Source: Candidatus Spongiisociaceae bacterium
GTDB lineage: Bacteria > Actinomycetota > Acidimicrobiia > Spongiisociales > Spongiisociaceae
Direction: 5' to 3'
DNA: 64,000 bases
Assembly: GCA_965202665.1 (NCBI GenBank)
Contig: OZ241841.1
Span: 1,024,001 to 1,088,000 of the forward strand
In this document: positions 48,241-58,006 of the stretch, one piece after another
How positions within the stretch are numbered: position 1 is the first letter of the stretch
How the letters are laid out: each line of letters opens with the position of its first letter
Notes under the pieces: generated by a model
Told to the model about the DNA's origin: nothing
The model's input: the letters and a program-made list of their open reading frames with translations, nothing else
Databases searched by the model: none
Made by a program: the position numbers and the translations under genes

Positions 48241-48993
48241 ATGAAACGCCTGTCGGGCAAAACGGCCATCGTCACCGGAGCGGCCGGGGGGCTGGGTTCG
48301 GCCATCTGCCGGCTGTTCGCCCGGGAGGGGGCGGGGGTGGCGGTCGCCGATTTGGATTTGGACGCCGCCCGGGTTTTGGCCGGGGAAATCACCGCCGCCG
48401 GGGGCCGGGCTTTTCCGGTGCGGGCCGATGTGACTTCGGCGGAGGATGCGGCGGAGATGACCGAGGCGGCCGTCCGGTTCGCGGGCGACGGCGGCGTGAA
48501 CATCCTGGTCAACAACGCCGGAATAGCCGGATTGGGAGCCGTAACTGAAATCAGCGAAGCGGACTGGAACCGGGTTTTGGCCGTAAATCTGACCGGGGCC
48601 TACCTTTGTTCGCGGCGGGCGATACCGGAGATGATCCGGGCGGGGGGCGGCTCCATCGTGTGCATCTCGTCGGTGGCCGGGGTGGTCGCCCAGCCGGGCC
48701 AAGCGGCCTATCACGCCTCCAAACACGGGCTGATCGGCTTAGTGCGGGCCATGGCACTGGACCACGCCCGGGACGGAATCCGGGTGAACGCGGTGTGTCC
48801 CGGGGCGGTGGAAACCCCGTTGCTGTCCCCCCTGACCGAGGAGCAAATGGCCTCCCTAGCCGCCCGCCATGCGCTGGGCCGCATCGCCCAACCGGAGGAG
48901 ATCGCCGCCGCCGTCCTCCACTTGGCGAGCGACGAATCTTCTTTCACCACCGGAACGGCCCTCCTAGCGGACGGAGGCTGGACCGCCCAATAA
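48241..48993 (+). CDS. Short-chain dehydrogenase/reductase
   Basis: TGAAGGLG, NNAG, YHASK. Confidence 0.92.
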   Translation: MKRLSGKTAIVTGAAGGLGSAICRLFAREGAGVAVADLDLDAARVLAGEITAAGGRAFPVRADVTSAEDAAEMTEAAVRFAGDGGVNILVNNAGIAGLGAVTEISEADWNRVLAVNLTGAYLCSRRAIPEMIRAGGGSIVCISSVAGVVAQPGQAAYHASKHGLIGLVRAMALDHARDGIRVNAVCPGAVETPLLSPLTEEQMASLAARHALGRIAQPEEIAAAVLHLASDESSFTTGTALLADGGWTAQ

Positions 48994-49007
48994 CCGCCCC
49001 CGCCGAC

Positions 49008-49508
49008 TCAGTCAAAGGCGGGACGGGCGTAGGAACGGCGCCAGTAAACCAGGGGAGGGTCGGGGCTGAGCCGGTCGGCTTTTTCCACTTGGCCGATGAA
49101 AATAATGTGATCCCCGGCCTCCAAGGAGTCGACGATGCGGCATTCCAGGTAAGCGCAAGCTTGGTCGGGCAAGATCGGCCCGGCTCCGGGAACGGTGGGG
49201 GGTTGCAAGGTCAAACCGGCGAAGCGGTCCTCCTCCGGGGAGGAAAACCGGCGGGCGACCGGGACGGTTCCGAGGCGGAGCAGATTGACGGTGAAACCCC
49301 CCGCCCGGCGGAGCATTTCGCCGCCGCCTGCCTCCCCGCCGATGCACACCAGAACCAGCGGCGGTTGCATGGAAACCGAAGTGAAGGCGGAAACGGTCAG
49401 GCCATGGTCCCGTCCGCCCGCCTGACAGGTGACCACGGTCACGCTGACCGCGCAGTTGGACATTATTTCCCGCAACATCTCGGCGACGGGAATGCCGGAT
49501 GATCCCAT
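49008..49508 (-). CDS. Flavin reductase family protein
   Basis: GLTVSAFTSVSMQPPLV, AGDHIIFIG, PLVY. Confidence 0.9.
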   Translation of the reverse strand: MGSSGIPVAEMLREIMSNCAVSVTVVTCQAGGRDHGLTVSAFTSVSMQPPLVLVCIGGEAGGGEMLRRAGGFTVNLLRLGTVPVARRFSSPEEDRFAGLTLQPPTVPGAGPILPDQACAYLECRIVDSLEAGDHIIFIGQVEKADRLSPDPPLVYWRRSYARPAFD

Positions 49509-49729
49509 TGGTACTCCTGTTCGCTGATTCCGGGGGGCCGGCGCGCGCCGGATAGGACGACAAATGCCCGCTCCCCGTCCGCCCGGCCCGCCCTTTCCGC
49601 CAAGGCTACCCGGGAAAGGGCACCCGCCGCCCCCACCGGTCGGTCGCCGACTTCGCCCTCGAAATTATGGAAAGCGGGGGGTATCCTAGGGCTTGGACAT
49701 CACCTAAATCCAGCGGAAGGGAGGATGCA

Positions 49730-50752
49730 ATGGCGCGTAGCGATCTGCTGATCTCGCTTGTCAAAGCCGCGTCGAGCGACGACAAGCCGGGCACCCGCAC
49801 CGCCGCCGAAGCCATCATCGCCGAAGAGCGGGCGAAACAGCACCATGTGCTGGCCGACCGCCTGACGGAAGCGATGCGGGGCAACGGGTACAAGCCTCCC
49901 GCCGCCGCTTTTGTGAGCCAAAACGGTCTCCGCCATCGCGAGTTCCTGCTAGAGGTCGTCCCCCGACGGCGGATTGAGGACATGTTCCTGTCCGACATCA
50001 CCCGCCGGGCCTGCGAGGAACTGATCGAGGAGCAACACCGGGCCGGGGGGTTGCGTGCGCACTCACTGGAACCGCGCCACCGGGTGTTGCTGGTGGGACC
50101 GCCCGGCAACGGCAAAACTTCGCTGGCCGAAGCGATCGCCGAGTCGCTGGCGGTTCCTTTCCTGGTGGTCCGTTATGAAACGATGATCGGCAGCTTCCTG
50201 GGAGAAACCGCCTCCCGCCTGAAAAGCGTCTTCGATTACGCCCGCACCACCCCCTGCGTTCTGTTCTTCGACGAGTTCGACGCGGTGGGCAAAGAACGGG
50301 GCGACACCCACGAAACAGGGGAAATCAAACGGGTGGTGACTTCCCTGCTGATGCAGATGGACGATCTACCCAGCTACACGGTGGTGATAGCCGCCTCCAA
50401 CCACTCCGAACTGCTGGACCGGGCCGCTTGGCGGCGTTTCCAGTTGCGCTTGCAACTCAAACGCCCCACCCGCCAACAACTAGCCGCCTACATAGAATGG
50501 TTCGCCCAAACCTTAAACGAACCGCTTGGCCGCGCTCCCGAAACTATCGCCAAAAGGCTGGGAACCGTAAGCTTCGCCGAAGCCGAGGAGTTCTGCCTAG
50601 ACATCCGGAGACGACATGTCCTAGCCATGGGCGAAAAACCGTTGCGGGAAATCGTGACCGAGCGCCTAACCTTCTGGGCGGAACGATCAAAGGTGAACAG
50701 CAAAGAAACGGCATATGACGGATTTCCCCCTACTCCCGATACCAACTCCTGA
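49730..50752 (+). CDS. AAA+ ATPase, IetA-like (normally partner of an S8 protease)
   Basis: MARSDLLISLV N-terminus, GPPGNGKTS, FFDEFD, GEIKRVV, DRAAWRRF. Confidence 0.85.
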   Translation: MARSDLLISLVKAASSDDKPGTRTAAEAIIAEERAKQHHVLADRLTEAMRGNGYKPPAAAFVSQNGLRHREFLLEVVPRRRIEDMFLSDITRRACEELIEEQHRAGGLRAHSLEPRHRVLLVGPPGNGKTSLAEAIAESLAVPFLVVRYETMIGSFLGETASRLKSVFDYARTTPCVLFFDEFDAVGKERGDTHETGEIKRVVTSLLMQMDDLPSYTVVIAASNHSELLDRAAWRRFQLRLQLKRPTRQQLAAYIEWFAQTLNEPLGRAPETIAKRLGTVSFAEAEEFCLDIRRRHVLAMGEKPLREIVTERLTFWAERSKVNSKETAYDGFPPTPDTNS

Positions 50753-50759
50753 GATTTAG
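50715..50759 (+). pseudogene. Possible N-terminal stub of the partner S8 peptidase
   Basis: Overlapping ATG reads MTDFPLLPIPTPEI*, similar to recalled IetS-like N-termini. Confidence 0.4.
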
Positions 50760-50801
50760 CGCCTATCCGGCCTGTAAATACCGGAACAACCCGGGGAGTT
50801 T

Positions 50802-51605
50802 CTATTCTTCGGTGGGGGTGGTGGGGGGGTCTAGGGCGGTTTGGTGGGCTTTGCTTATTGGGGGGGAGGAGGGGAGGAGGATGGGGGTTACGGCTATTTC
50901 GCCTCTTAGGCTGACGGCGGTGTCGCAACCGGTTGCGTTCAGCATGGCTTGCCGGTCGGCGCGGTAGCGGTGGCTGAAAGTTCCGTCCGGGTTGCGTTCG
51001 TGCAGTTGGCCGTAGGTGACCGGGGCCAGCGGGGCCAGGCGGCGGGGGGTGTCGGGCCCGGCGTCCCAGGGCACGTTGACGTTTATCACATCGCCGGGCA
51101 GGTCGGCGGCCACGATGTCGGCCAGCAACCGGGCGCAGACCCCGGCCAGCCTGTCCCACACCGGCGACGATTGGGGGGAGCGGGCCCGCTCATACCACTG
51201 ATGCCAGTCCCCTCGCCCTTCGGCGGAGAAAGCCACCCCCGGCAAACCCAGCGCCCGGGCTTCGAAGACGGCCCCGATGGTGCCCGAAGCCAGCGCGCCG
51301 ATGGCCGAAAAGTTGTATCCCAGGTTGATGCCGGAAACGACCAGGCGGGGCCGGTCGTCGAAATAGACCGCCCCCACCTGCACCGCGTCCGCCGGGTAGC
51401 CGGAGACGGTAACCATCGTCACCCCCTCCGCCTCCGACTCCGAAACTTGCAACGGGCTGTAGCGGGTGACGGCTTTGGCGGACCAGCTCCGTTCCCGGTC
51501 GGGGGCCACCACCCGCACCTCCCCCACCTCCCCCAGCGCCAAAGCAAACGGGAGCAGGGCCGGGCTGGCCGGACCGTCGTCGTTGGTGAGCAGAATCCAG
51601 GACAT
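50802..51605 (-). CDS. surE: 5'/3'-nucleotidase SurE
   Basis: ILLTNDDG, VAPDRERS, SGINLG, SGTIGA. Confidence 0.9.
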   Translation of the reverse strand: MSWILLTNDDGPASPALLPFALALGEVGEVRVVAPDRERSWSAKAVTRYSPLQVSESEAEGVTMVTVSGYPADAVQVGAVYFDDRPRLVVSGINLGYNFSAIGALASGTIGAVFEARALGLPGVAFSAEGRGDWHQWYERARSPQSSPVWDRLAGVCARLLADIVAADLPGDVINVNVPWDAGPDTPRRLAPLAPVTYGQLHERNPDGTFSHRYRADRQAMLNATGCDTAVSLRGEIAVTPILLPSSPPISKAHQTALDPPTTPTEE

Positions 51606-51645
51606 ACCCGCGGCAGGGTAGCCGCCGTCCGCCTACTATCTAAAT

Positions 51646-52134
51646 ATGAGCGGACGAGCGGTAGCCGTAACCTGTAGCGACGGGGTAACCCACGGCGCCC
51701 GAACCGATGATTCCGGGGCGTTGCTGGAAGAACGGCTGGCCGCTTTCGGCCCGCAAGTGGGGGGCCTGCAAGTGGAGCGGCGCGCCGTGCCCGACGATCG
51801 GGAGCGGATAACGGAACTGCTGGCCGAACTGGCCCCCCGTTGCGTCCTGATCGTCACCACCGGCGGCACCGGGTTCGGCCCGCGGGACGTAACCCCGGAG
51901 GCCACCTCCGCCCTGCTGGACCGCCCCGCTCCCGGATTGGCGGAACTGATCCGGCATGAAGGCCTGAAGCACACCCCGCTGGCCGCCCTGTCCCGGGGAA
52001 CGGCGGGCGTGATCGGATCGTGCCTGGTCGTCAACCTGCCCGGCAGCCCCAAAGCGGTGGCGGAAGGCTGGGAGGCGGTGGAGCCTTTGCTGCCCCACAT
52101 CCTCAACTTGCTGGCCGGAGACACCGAACACTGA
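51646..52134 (+). CDS. MogA/MoaB molybdopterin adenylyltransferase
   Basis: [22 protein letters not shown]. Confidence 0.92.
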   Translation: MSGRAVAVTCSDGVTHGARTDDSGALLEERLAAFGPQVGGLQVERRAVPDDRERITELLAELAPRCVLIVTTGGTGFGPRDVTPEATSALLDRPAPGLAELIRHEGLKHTPLAALSRGTAGVIGSCLVVNLPGSPKAVAEGWEAVEPLLPHILNLLAGDTEH

Positions 52135-52155
52135 CCCGCCCCCCAGCCCCCGAAA

Positions 52156-52956
52156 TCAGGTTATGCGATGGGGATGGGAGTAGATGTTGAAACCGCCGGG
52201 GCGGACGAAGCCGGCCACGGTCAAACCCAGCTCTTCGCCCAAGTCAACGGCCAGGGAAGTGGCCGCCGACACTCCGGCCAGCAACCCCAGCCCCGCCGCG
52301 GCCGTCTTCTGCACCAGTTCGAAGGAAACCCGCCCCGACACGGTCACCGCCATCTCCCCCAGCGGCCACCGCTCGGCGGACAGGGCCCCCACCAGTTTGT
52401 CCATGGCGTTGTGGCGGCCCACGTCTTCCCGCAAAGCGGCCAACTCCCCGTCGGGGGTGAACGCGGCCGCGGCGTGCAAGCCCCCGGTCTGGGCGAACCC
52501 GGACTGGGCTTCCCGCATTATCTCCATCATCTCCACCAGCCGTCCGGCGGCCACCGCCGGACCGGCGGGCGGCGGCGGGGAGGCCACCCGCACCGCGTCG
52601 ATGGAGGCCTTGCCGCACACCCCGCACGAAGAAGTGGCGTACAGGTTGCGGCGAAACTGTTCGGGATCCACCACCGTCCCCTCCGCCAAAACCAGGTCGT
52701 AGCGCCCCTCCCCCTCCCCTCCCCCCATCGCCCGCACCTCCGCCAACTCGCCGGGACGGAGAATGATCCCTTCGGTCAGGGCGAACCCGCGGGCCAGCTC
52801 CCGGTCGTGGCCGGGGGTGCGCATCAGCACCGCTATCGGAACCCCGCCCAGCCGGAACTCCACCGGCTCCTCGGCGGGCAACCGGTCTTCCCGCCCGGCG
52901 CGCCCGCCCTCCCCCTCCCCCACCCGCACCACCCGCCGAACCGCAATCGAATCCAT
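52156..52956 (-). CDS. fdhD: Formate dehydrogenase accessory sulfurtransferase
   Basis: MRTPG, SSCGVCG, TGGLHAA, REDVGRHNAMDK. Confidence 0.94.
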   Translation of the reverse strand: MDSIAVRRVVRVGEGEGGRAGREDRLPAEEPVEFRLGGVPIAVLMRTPGHDRELARGFALTEGIILRPGELAEVRAMGGGEGEGRYDLVLAEGTVVDPEQFRRNLYATSSCGVCGKASIDAVRVASPPPPAGPAVAAGRLVEMMEIMREAQSGFAQTGGLHAAAAFTPDGELAALREDVGRHNAMDKLVGALSAERWPLGEMAVTVSGRVSFELVQKTAAAGLGLLAGVSAATSLAVDLGEELGLTVAGFVRPGGFNIYSHPHRIT

Positions 52957-53022
52957 CCCCCCACCATACCCGCCTCCTCCCATTTCAAGGGGAGAGGGGG
53001 GCGGGCGGCGTAGACTGCCGGT

Positions 53023-53784
53023 ATGTGCCACAACCATGATTCGCATCCGCCGATGGAGGCGGGGGAACGGGCGGCGACCGGGGCCGACCTGACGTTGACC
53101 GCCCGCGACGGGAACCGCTTCTCCGCTTACGCCGCCGCCGGGTCGCCCCCTTCGCCGGCCGGGGTGGTGGTGATGCCCGATGTGCGGGGGCTGTTTCGCT
53201 TCTACAAAGAGCTGGCCCTGCGTTTCGCCGAAGCCGGGCACGACGCGGTGGCCATCGACTACTTCGGCCGCACCGCCGGTTTGGGGGAACGCCCCAACGA
53301 CTGGGATTTCTGGCCGCACGTCCACGGAACCACTTTCGCCGGGGTGCGGGACGACGTGACCGCCGCCGTCTCCTATCTGAAACGGGACAATTCGGAGCGG
53401 GCGGTGTTCACGGTCGGGTTCTGCTTCGGCGGTTCCAACTCCTGGCATCAGGCGGCCAACGGGCTGGGCTTGGCGGGCGCGGTCGGTTTCTACGGCCGGC
53501 CCCGGCGGGACGAGGAAACGGCGGGGGCCGTCGACCGGACAGCGGGGATGGCTTGCCCGGTGCTGGCCCTGATGGGCGGGGACGACCCTTCCATCCCACC
53601 CGAATCGGTAGCGGATTTCGCCGCCGCCTTGGACGCGGCGGGCGTCCAAAACGAAGTGGTCGTCTACCCCGGAGCCCCCCATTCTTTCTTCGACCGCCTA
53701 CAATCCGACTTCGCCGTCGAATCCGCCGACGCCTGGAAACGGACGCTGTCGTTCATAGAGGCCAACACCGGGACCTCCCCCTGA
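53023..53784 (+). CDS. Dienelactone hydrolase family protein
   Basis: GFCFGG, YPGAPHSF. Confidence 0.9.
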   Translation: MCHNHDSHPPMEAGERAATGADLTLTARDGNRFSAYAAAGSPPSPAGVVVMPDVRGLFRFYKELALRFAEAGHDAVAIDYFGRTAGLGERPNDWDFWPHVHGTTFAGVRDDVTAAVSYLKRDNSERAVFTVGFCFGGSNSWHQAANGLGLAGAVGFYGRPRRDEETAGAVDRTAGMACPVLALMGGDDPSIPPESVADFAAALDAAGVQNEVVVYPGAPHSFFDRLQSDFAVESADAWKRTLSFIEANTGTSP

Positions 53785-53871
53785 ACCCCGCCCCGCCCCC
53801 GCCGCCCGCCCGCGGCGGAGGGTCCGCATCCCCCGACCGGTTTACAATCGGCTATCCCGTAAGGTGAACAT

Positions 53872-56052
53872 ATGACCACATTGCAACGAAACCTGGGCCT
53901 GTCGGCGGTTTTCACCGTCAGCATCGGGGCGATGATCGGCAGCGGCATTTTCGTGTTGCCCGGCTTGGCCGACAAGGTGGCCGGCCCGGCCGCCATCCTC
54001 GCCTACGTGCTGGCCGGCGTGGTGGTCATCCCGGCCGCGGTCAGCCAGTCCGAGTTGGCCACCGCCATGCCCCGGGCGGGCGGCGCCTACCTGTTCATCG
54101 ACCGGGCGATGGGGCCGCTGGTGGGCACGGTGGCCGGGTTCGGGGTGTGGTTCGCCCTCATCTTCAAATCGGCTTTCGCCCTGGTCGGCCTGGGCGCCTA
54201 CCTGGACTTTTTCATCCGGTGGCCCGCCCGGACGGTGGGGATCACGCTGGCCCTGCTGCTGGGCGCCATCAACATCATGGGGGTGAAACAGTCGGGCCGG
54301 TTCCAAACGGTGGTGGTGCTGTCGGTGCTGTCGGTGCTGGGTTTCTTCGTGGTCGCCGGCGGGGTGAACGTGGAAGCCGCCAACCTGGCCCCGTTTATGC
54401 CGGAAGGGTGGGGCGGTTTGCTTTCGGCCACCGGTTTGGTGTTCGTCTCCTACGCCGGGGTGACCAAAGTGGCTTCGGTGGCCGAAGAGGTGAAAGACCC
54501 GGGACGCACCCTGCCCCGGGGGATGCTGGGCTCCATTTTCCTGATGCTCATCCTCTACCCGGCGATAATGTGGGTGATCGCGGGCAACCTTCCGCAGGGG
54601 ATTCTGGCCGACGATTTGGCCCCGGTGGCCGACGCCGCCGGCCTTTTCCTGGGACCGGTGGGGGCGGACATTATTTCCGCCACCGCCATTTTCGCCCTGG
54701 TGTCCATGGCCAACGCCGGTTTGCTATCCTCCTCCCGCTACCCGTTCGCCATGGCCCGCAACCAGTTGGCCCCCGCTCCGCTGGCCTCCATATACAACCG
54801 CACCGGCACCCCGGCGGCCAGCATCGCCCTCACCTGCCTGACCATGGTGGCGCTGATCGCCTTCGTGCCGCTCATCGAACTGGCCAAATTGGCCTCCGCT
54901 TTCCAAGTGGTGGTGTTCTGCTTGATAAACCTGTCCCTGATCGCCTTCCGCGAGGCTCACCCCGCCTGGTACCGCCCCAAATTCCGTTCCCCTTTCTACC
55001 CGTGGCTGCAACTGTTCGGCATCGCTTCTTCGCTGTTGCTTTTGACCCAGCTGGGATGGATTTCCATCCTTGGTGCGGTGGGGATGGTGGCGGCCGGCGC
55101 GTTCTGGTACCGGGTGTTCGGGCGTTCCCGGGCCAGCCACGAAAGCGCCGCTTTGGACGCGTTGCGCCTCCGTTCCATCGGCCCGCTGGTCGCCACCACC
55201 GAAGCCGCCCTCGCTTCCCCCGGACGCAACCACGTGGCCATCGCGGTGGACGGCACCACCAGCAACACCCGCCTGCGGGACCTGTTGCGCATCGCCAAAG
55301 CGGTCGCCGCCGAAGACGGGCGCATCACGCTCACCCGGATGGACCGCATTCGTTCCGGTTCGCTGTGGTGGCGGCGTCTGGACCCGCCCCGGGCCGACGA
55401 CCCGTTCCGGCTGGGGGCGAAAGACATCGCCAACGAACTGGATGTGGACATTGCGTTGGTACGTCCCACCGGAGCCGATCCGGGGGCGGCCCTTCTGGAA
55501 TACGCCCGGCGGCACGCGGTGGACCTGATCCTCAGCCACATCAACGTGGGAACCCGGGCCCGCACCCGGTTCGACCCGTTGTGGCTGCAAGCCCACGCCG
55601 ACGCCGATGTGATGTTGCTGGGCAACGACGACCTGGAAGAGTTGCGCACCATCACCGTACTGGGAGCGGGGAGCCCCTACGATGTGGCCAAAATCGACAC
55701 CGCCTACCGGCTGGGACACGCCGAACGGGCCGAAGTGCGGCTGTTGCATGTTTTGGGGGAAAACGCCAACGAACCGCAACAGGAGGCGGTGGCCGGCTAC
55801 CACCGGCAGCTGATGGAGTTCAGCCCGGTGGAAACCCACAGCGACATAGGCATTTCCGATGACCTGGTGCAGGCGATCATCCAACGGGCCCGCAACTCCG
55901 ACCTGGTGGTGATGGGGGCGTCGCGGGCCGGGATAGGCCCCGAACTGAGCCAACGGATCAGCGAAGCGGTGGCGGCGCCGGTGCTGGTGGTGCAGGCCCC
56001 CCCCGACGACGAAAACTGGCGCAAACGCATCCTCCACCGCCTGATCTACTAA
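53872..56052 (+). CDS. APC-family amino acid permease with C-terminal USP-like domains
   Basis: GAMIGSGIF, multiple TM helices, C-terminal DLVVMGA..PVLVV. Confidence 0.88.
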   Translation: MTTLQRNLGLSAVFTVSIGAMIGSGIFVLPGLADKVAGPAAILAYVLAGVVVIPAAVSQSELATAMPRAGGAYLFIDRAMGPLVGTVAGFGVWFALIFKSAFALVGLGAYLDFFIRWPARTVGITLALLLGAINIMGVKQSGRFQTVVVLSVLSVLGFFVVAGGVNVEAANLAPFMPEGWGGLLSATGLVFVSYAGVTKVASVAEEVKDPGRTLPRGMLGSIFLMLILYPAIMWVIAGNLPQGILADDLAPVADAAGLFLGPVGADIISATAIFALVSMANAGLLSSSRYPFAMARNQLAPAPLASIYNRTGTPAASIALTCLTMVALIAFVPLIELAKLASAFQVVVFCLINLSLIAFREAHPAWYRPKFRSPFYPWLQLFGIASSLLLLTQLGWISILGAVGMVAAGAFWYRVFGRSRASHESAALDALRLRSIGPLVATTEAALASPGRNHVAIAVDGTTSNTRLRDLLRIAKAVAAEDGRITLTRMDRIRSGSLWWRRLDPPRADDPFRLGAKDIANELDVDIALVRPTGADPGAALLEYARRHAVDLILSHINVGTRARTRFDPLWLQAHADADVMLLGNDDLEELRTITVLGAGSPYDVAKIDTAYRLGHAERAEVRLLHVLGENANEPQQEAVAGYHRQLMEFSPVETHSDIGISDDLVQAIIQRARNSDLVVMGASRAGIGPELSQRISEAVAAPVLVVQAPPDDENWRKRILHRLIY

Positions 56053-56127
56053 CTCCCGCCGCCCCCAAAAAAAGCAAACCCGAACCAGCGGAGGCGATTT
56101 ACCATCTGAGGGATGAAAGGAGCCGAC

Positions 56128-56745
56128 ATGCGCGAAACCGGCCAATCACCTATAGGGCGCTACAGCCCAGGGGAAGTTTCCCACCTGACGGGCGTTTCCC
56201 CGCGGCGCATAGGCCAATGGGCGAGGCGGAAATGCATAGCGCGGTCGCGCCCCGAATCCGCCAAGCGCCCCTTCTCCTACCAGGACGTCGGCGAGACGCT
56301 GATGGTGCGCAAACTGACGGAGGCGGGGGTCCGTCTCGCCGATGCGAGCTTGGCGGTAACCAGGTTGCGGGAAGAATACGGAAACTGGCCGTTGCGCGAC
56401 GCTCCGCTCCCAAAGGATGAGTATCGGAGAATGCTCTTGGAAAACGGGGAACATCTCTGGGATTTCACATCCGGCGTATCCGGCCGGCGGGCGATAAGCT
56501 CGGCCCTGGCCGACGGGGGCTGGGCGTCCGTTGAGGAATCTCTTACCCGCATTGCGGTGGATCCGGCCGTAATGTCGGGTACGCCCACTATCCGCGGCCG
56601 GCGGATCACCGCCATGTTCGTCGGGAATATGGCGGAAACCCCCTCCGGGCGGGAGATTTTGGAAACGGATTATGAACTGAGCGAGGAGGAGATCGACGAA
56701 GGCCGCCGGTGGCGGGCCAAAGCGCTGGAATACGCCGCGGCCTGA
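56128..56745 (+). CDS. MerR-like HTH + DUF433 protein (VapB45-like antitoxin)
   Basis: YSPGEVSHLTGVSPRRIGQW; IAVDPAVMSGTPTIRGRRI..DYELSEEEI. Confidence 0.8.
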   Translation: MRETGQSPIGRYSPGEVSHLTGVSPRRIGQWARRKCIARSRPESAKRPFSYQDVGETLMVRKLTEAGVRLADASLAVTRLREEYGNWPLRDAPLPKDEYRRMLLENGEHLWDFTSGVSGRRAISSALADGGWASVEESLTRIAVDPAVMSGTPTIRGRRITAMFVGNMAETPSGREILETDYELSEEEIDEGRRWRAKALEYAAA

Positions 56746-56818
56746 CCCGGCGCCCGGCTCCAATCCCCGCCCCCGGCGGAGCGCGCCCGGTCGCGGGGGT
56801 TACAATGGGCATCCAGCG

Positions 56819-56905
56819 AAACACGGGAGCTCCGGATACGGGGCTGAGAGGGAGTTGCGGCTCCGACCGTTTGCACCTGATCCGGGTAATGCCGGCGCAG
56901 GAAGA
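56819..56905 (+). ncRNA. TPP riboswitch
   Basis: GGGAG..GGCTGAGA..GACC..ACCTGATCCGGGTAATGCCGGCGCAGG upstream of thiB. Confidence 0.93.
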
Positions 56906-56953
56906 CCGCCCCCTCTCCGTTCCCCCGCCTCCCCGGGACGACAGGAGAGACAA

Positions 56954-58006
56954 ATGCGACGCACATTCATATCGGCCGCCGCGCTGGCCCTGCTTTTCGC
57001 CGCTTGCGGCGGGGCGGAGTCCGGCCCGGACGAAGGGCCGCAGACCATCCGGCTCATCACCCACGGTTCGTTCAGCATCAGCGACGAAGTCTGGGAAGAG
57101 TTCCAAGCGGAAACCGGCCACACCGTCCAACTTTTGGTCTCCGATGACGCGGGGACCATGGTCTCCCAAGCCATCCTCAGCAAAGACAACCCGGTCAGCG
57201 ATGTGATGTTCGGCGTGGACAACACCTTCCTGGGCCGGGCCTTGGACGAAGACCTGTTCGAAGAATACGTTTCCCCCTACCTGGTCAACGTGCCCGACTC
57301 CCTGAAACTGGACACCCGGGCCACCCCCATCGACTTCGGGGACGTGTGCGTTAATTACGACAAAGCCGGCCTGGCCGCCCGGGGGCTTTTCCCCCCGCGC
57401 GCCCTGCGCGACCTGACCCGCCCTGAATACCGGGGCCTGCTGGCCGTGCAGCATCCGGGGACCTCCTCCCCCGGCCTGGCTTTTCTGCTGGCGACGGTGG
57501 CCGCCTTCGGGGAGGACGGCGACTACACCTGGCGGGACTTCTGGGCGGAGCTGGCGGACAACGATACGGCGGTGGCCTCCGGATGGGAGCAGGCCTACTA
57601 CGAGATGTTCTCCGGCGGGTCGGGGGCGGGCGACCGGCCGCTGGTCGTCTCCTACGCCTCCTCCCCCCCGGCCGAGGTCATCTTCGCCGACCCCCGCCCG
57701 GAAACCGCCCCCACCGGGGTGATGGAAGCGGGATGCTTCCGCCAAATCGAATTCGCCGGGGTGATGAACGGCACCCCCGTTCCCAACGCCGCCCGGAGCC
57801 TGATCGATTTCATGCTGGGCCTGACTTTCCAGGAGGACATCCCGCTCAACATGTTCGTGTTCCCCGCCCATGAAGGGGCCGCGCTGCCCCCCGAGTTCGT
57901 GGAGCACGTCAGCATCCCCTCCGACCCGGCCGGGCTGGCCCCGGAAACCATCGACGGCAACCGCTCCCGGTGGATAGAAGAATGGATAGAGACGGCGGGC
58001 GGCTGA
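56954..58006 (+). CDS. thiB: Thiamine ABC transporter substrate-binding lipoprotein
   Basis: FAAC lipobox, FGVDN, TSSPGLAFL, SYASSP, FRQIEF. Confidence 0.92.
   Translation: MRRTFISAAALALLFAACGGAESGPDEGPQTIRLITHGSFSISDEVWEEFQAETGHTVQLLVSDDAGTMVSQAILSKDNPVSDVMFGVDNTFLGRALDEDLFEEYVSPYLVNVPDSLKLDTRATPIDFGDVCVNYDKAGLAARGLFPPRALRDLTRPEYRGLLAVQHPGTSSPGLAFLLATVAAFGEDGDYTWRDFWAELADNDTAVASGWEQAYYEMFSGGSGAGDRPLVVSYASSPPAEVIFADPRPETAPTGVMEAGCFRQIEFAGVMNGTPVPNAARSLIDFMLGLTFQEDIPLNMFVFPAHEGAALPPEFVEHVSIPSDPAGLAPETIDGNRSRWIEEWIETAGG

Noticed and set aside
49547-50771. 10-bp inverted repeat (GCCGGATAGG) around the AAA ATPase as transposon ends
   Set aside because: Too short, with no target duplication or transposase
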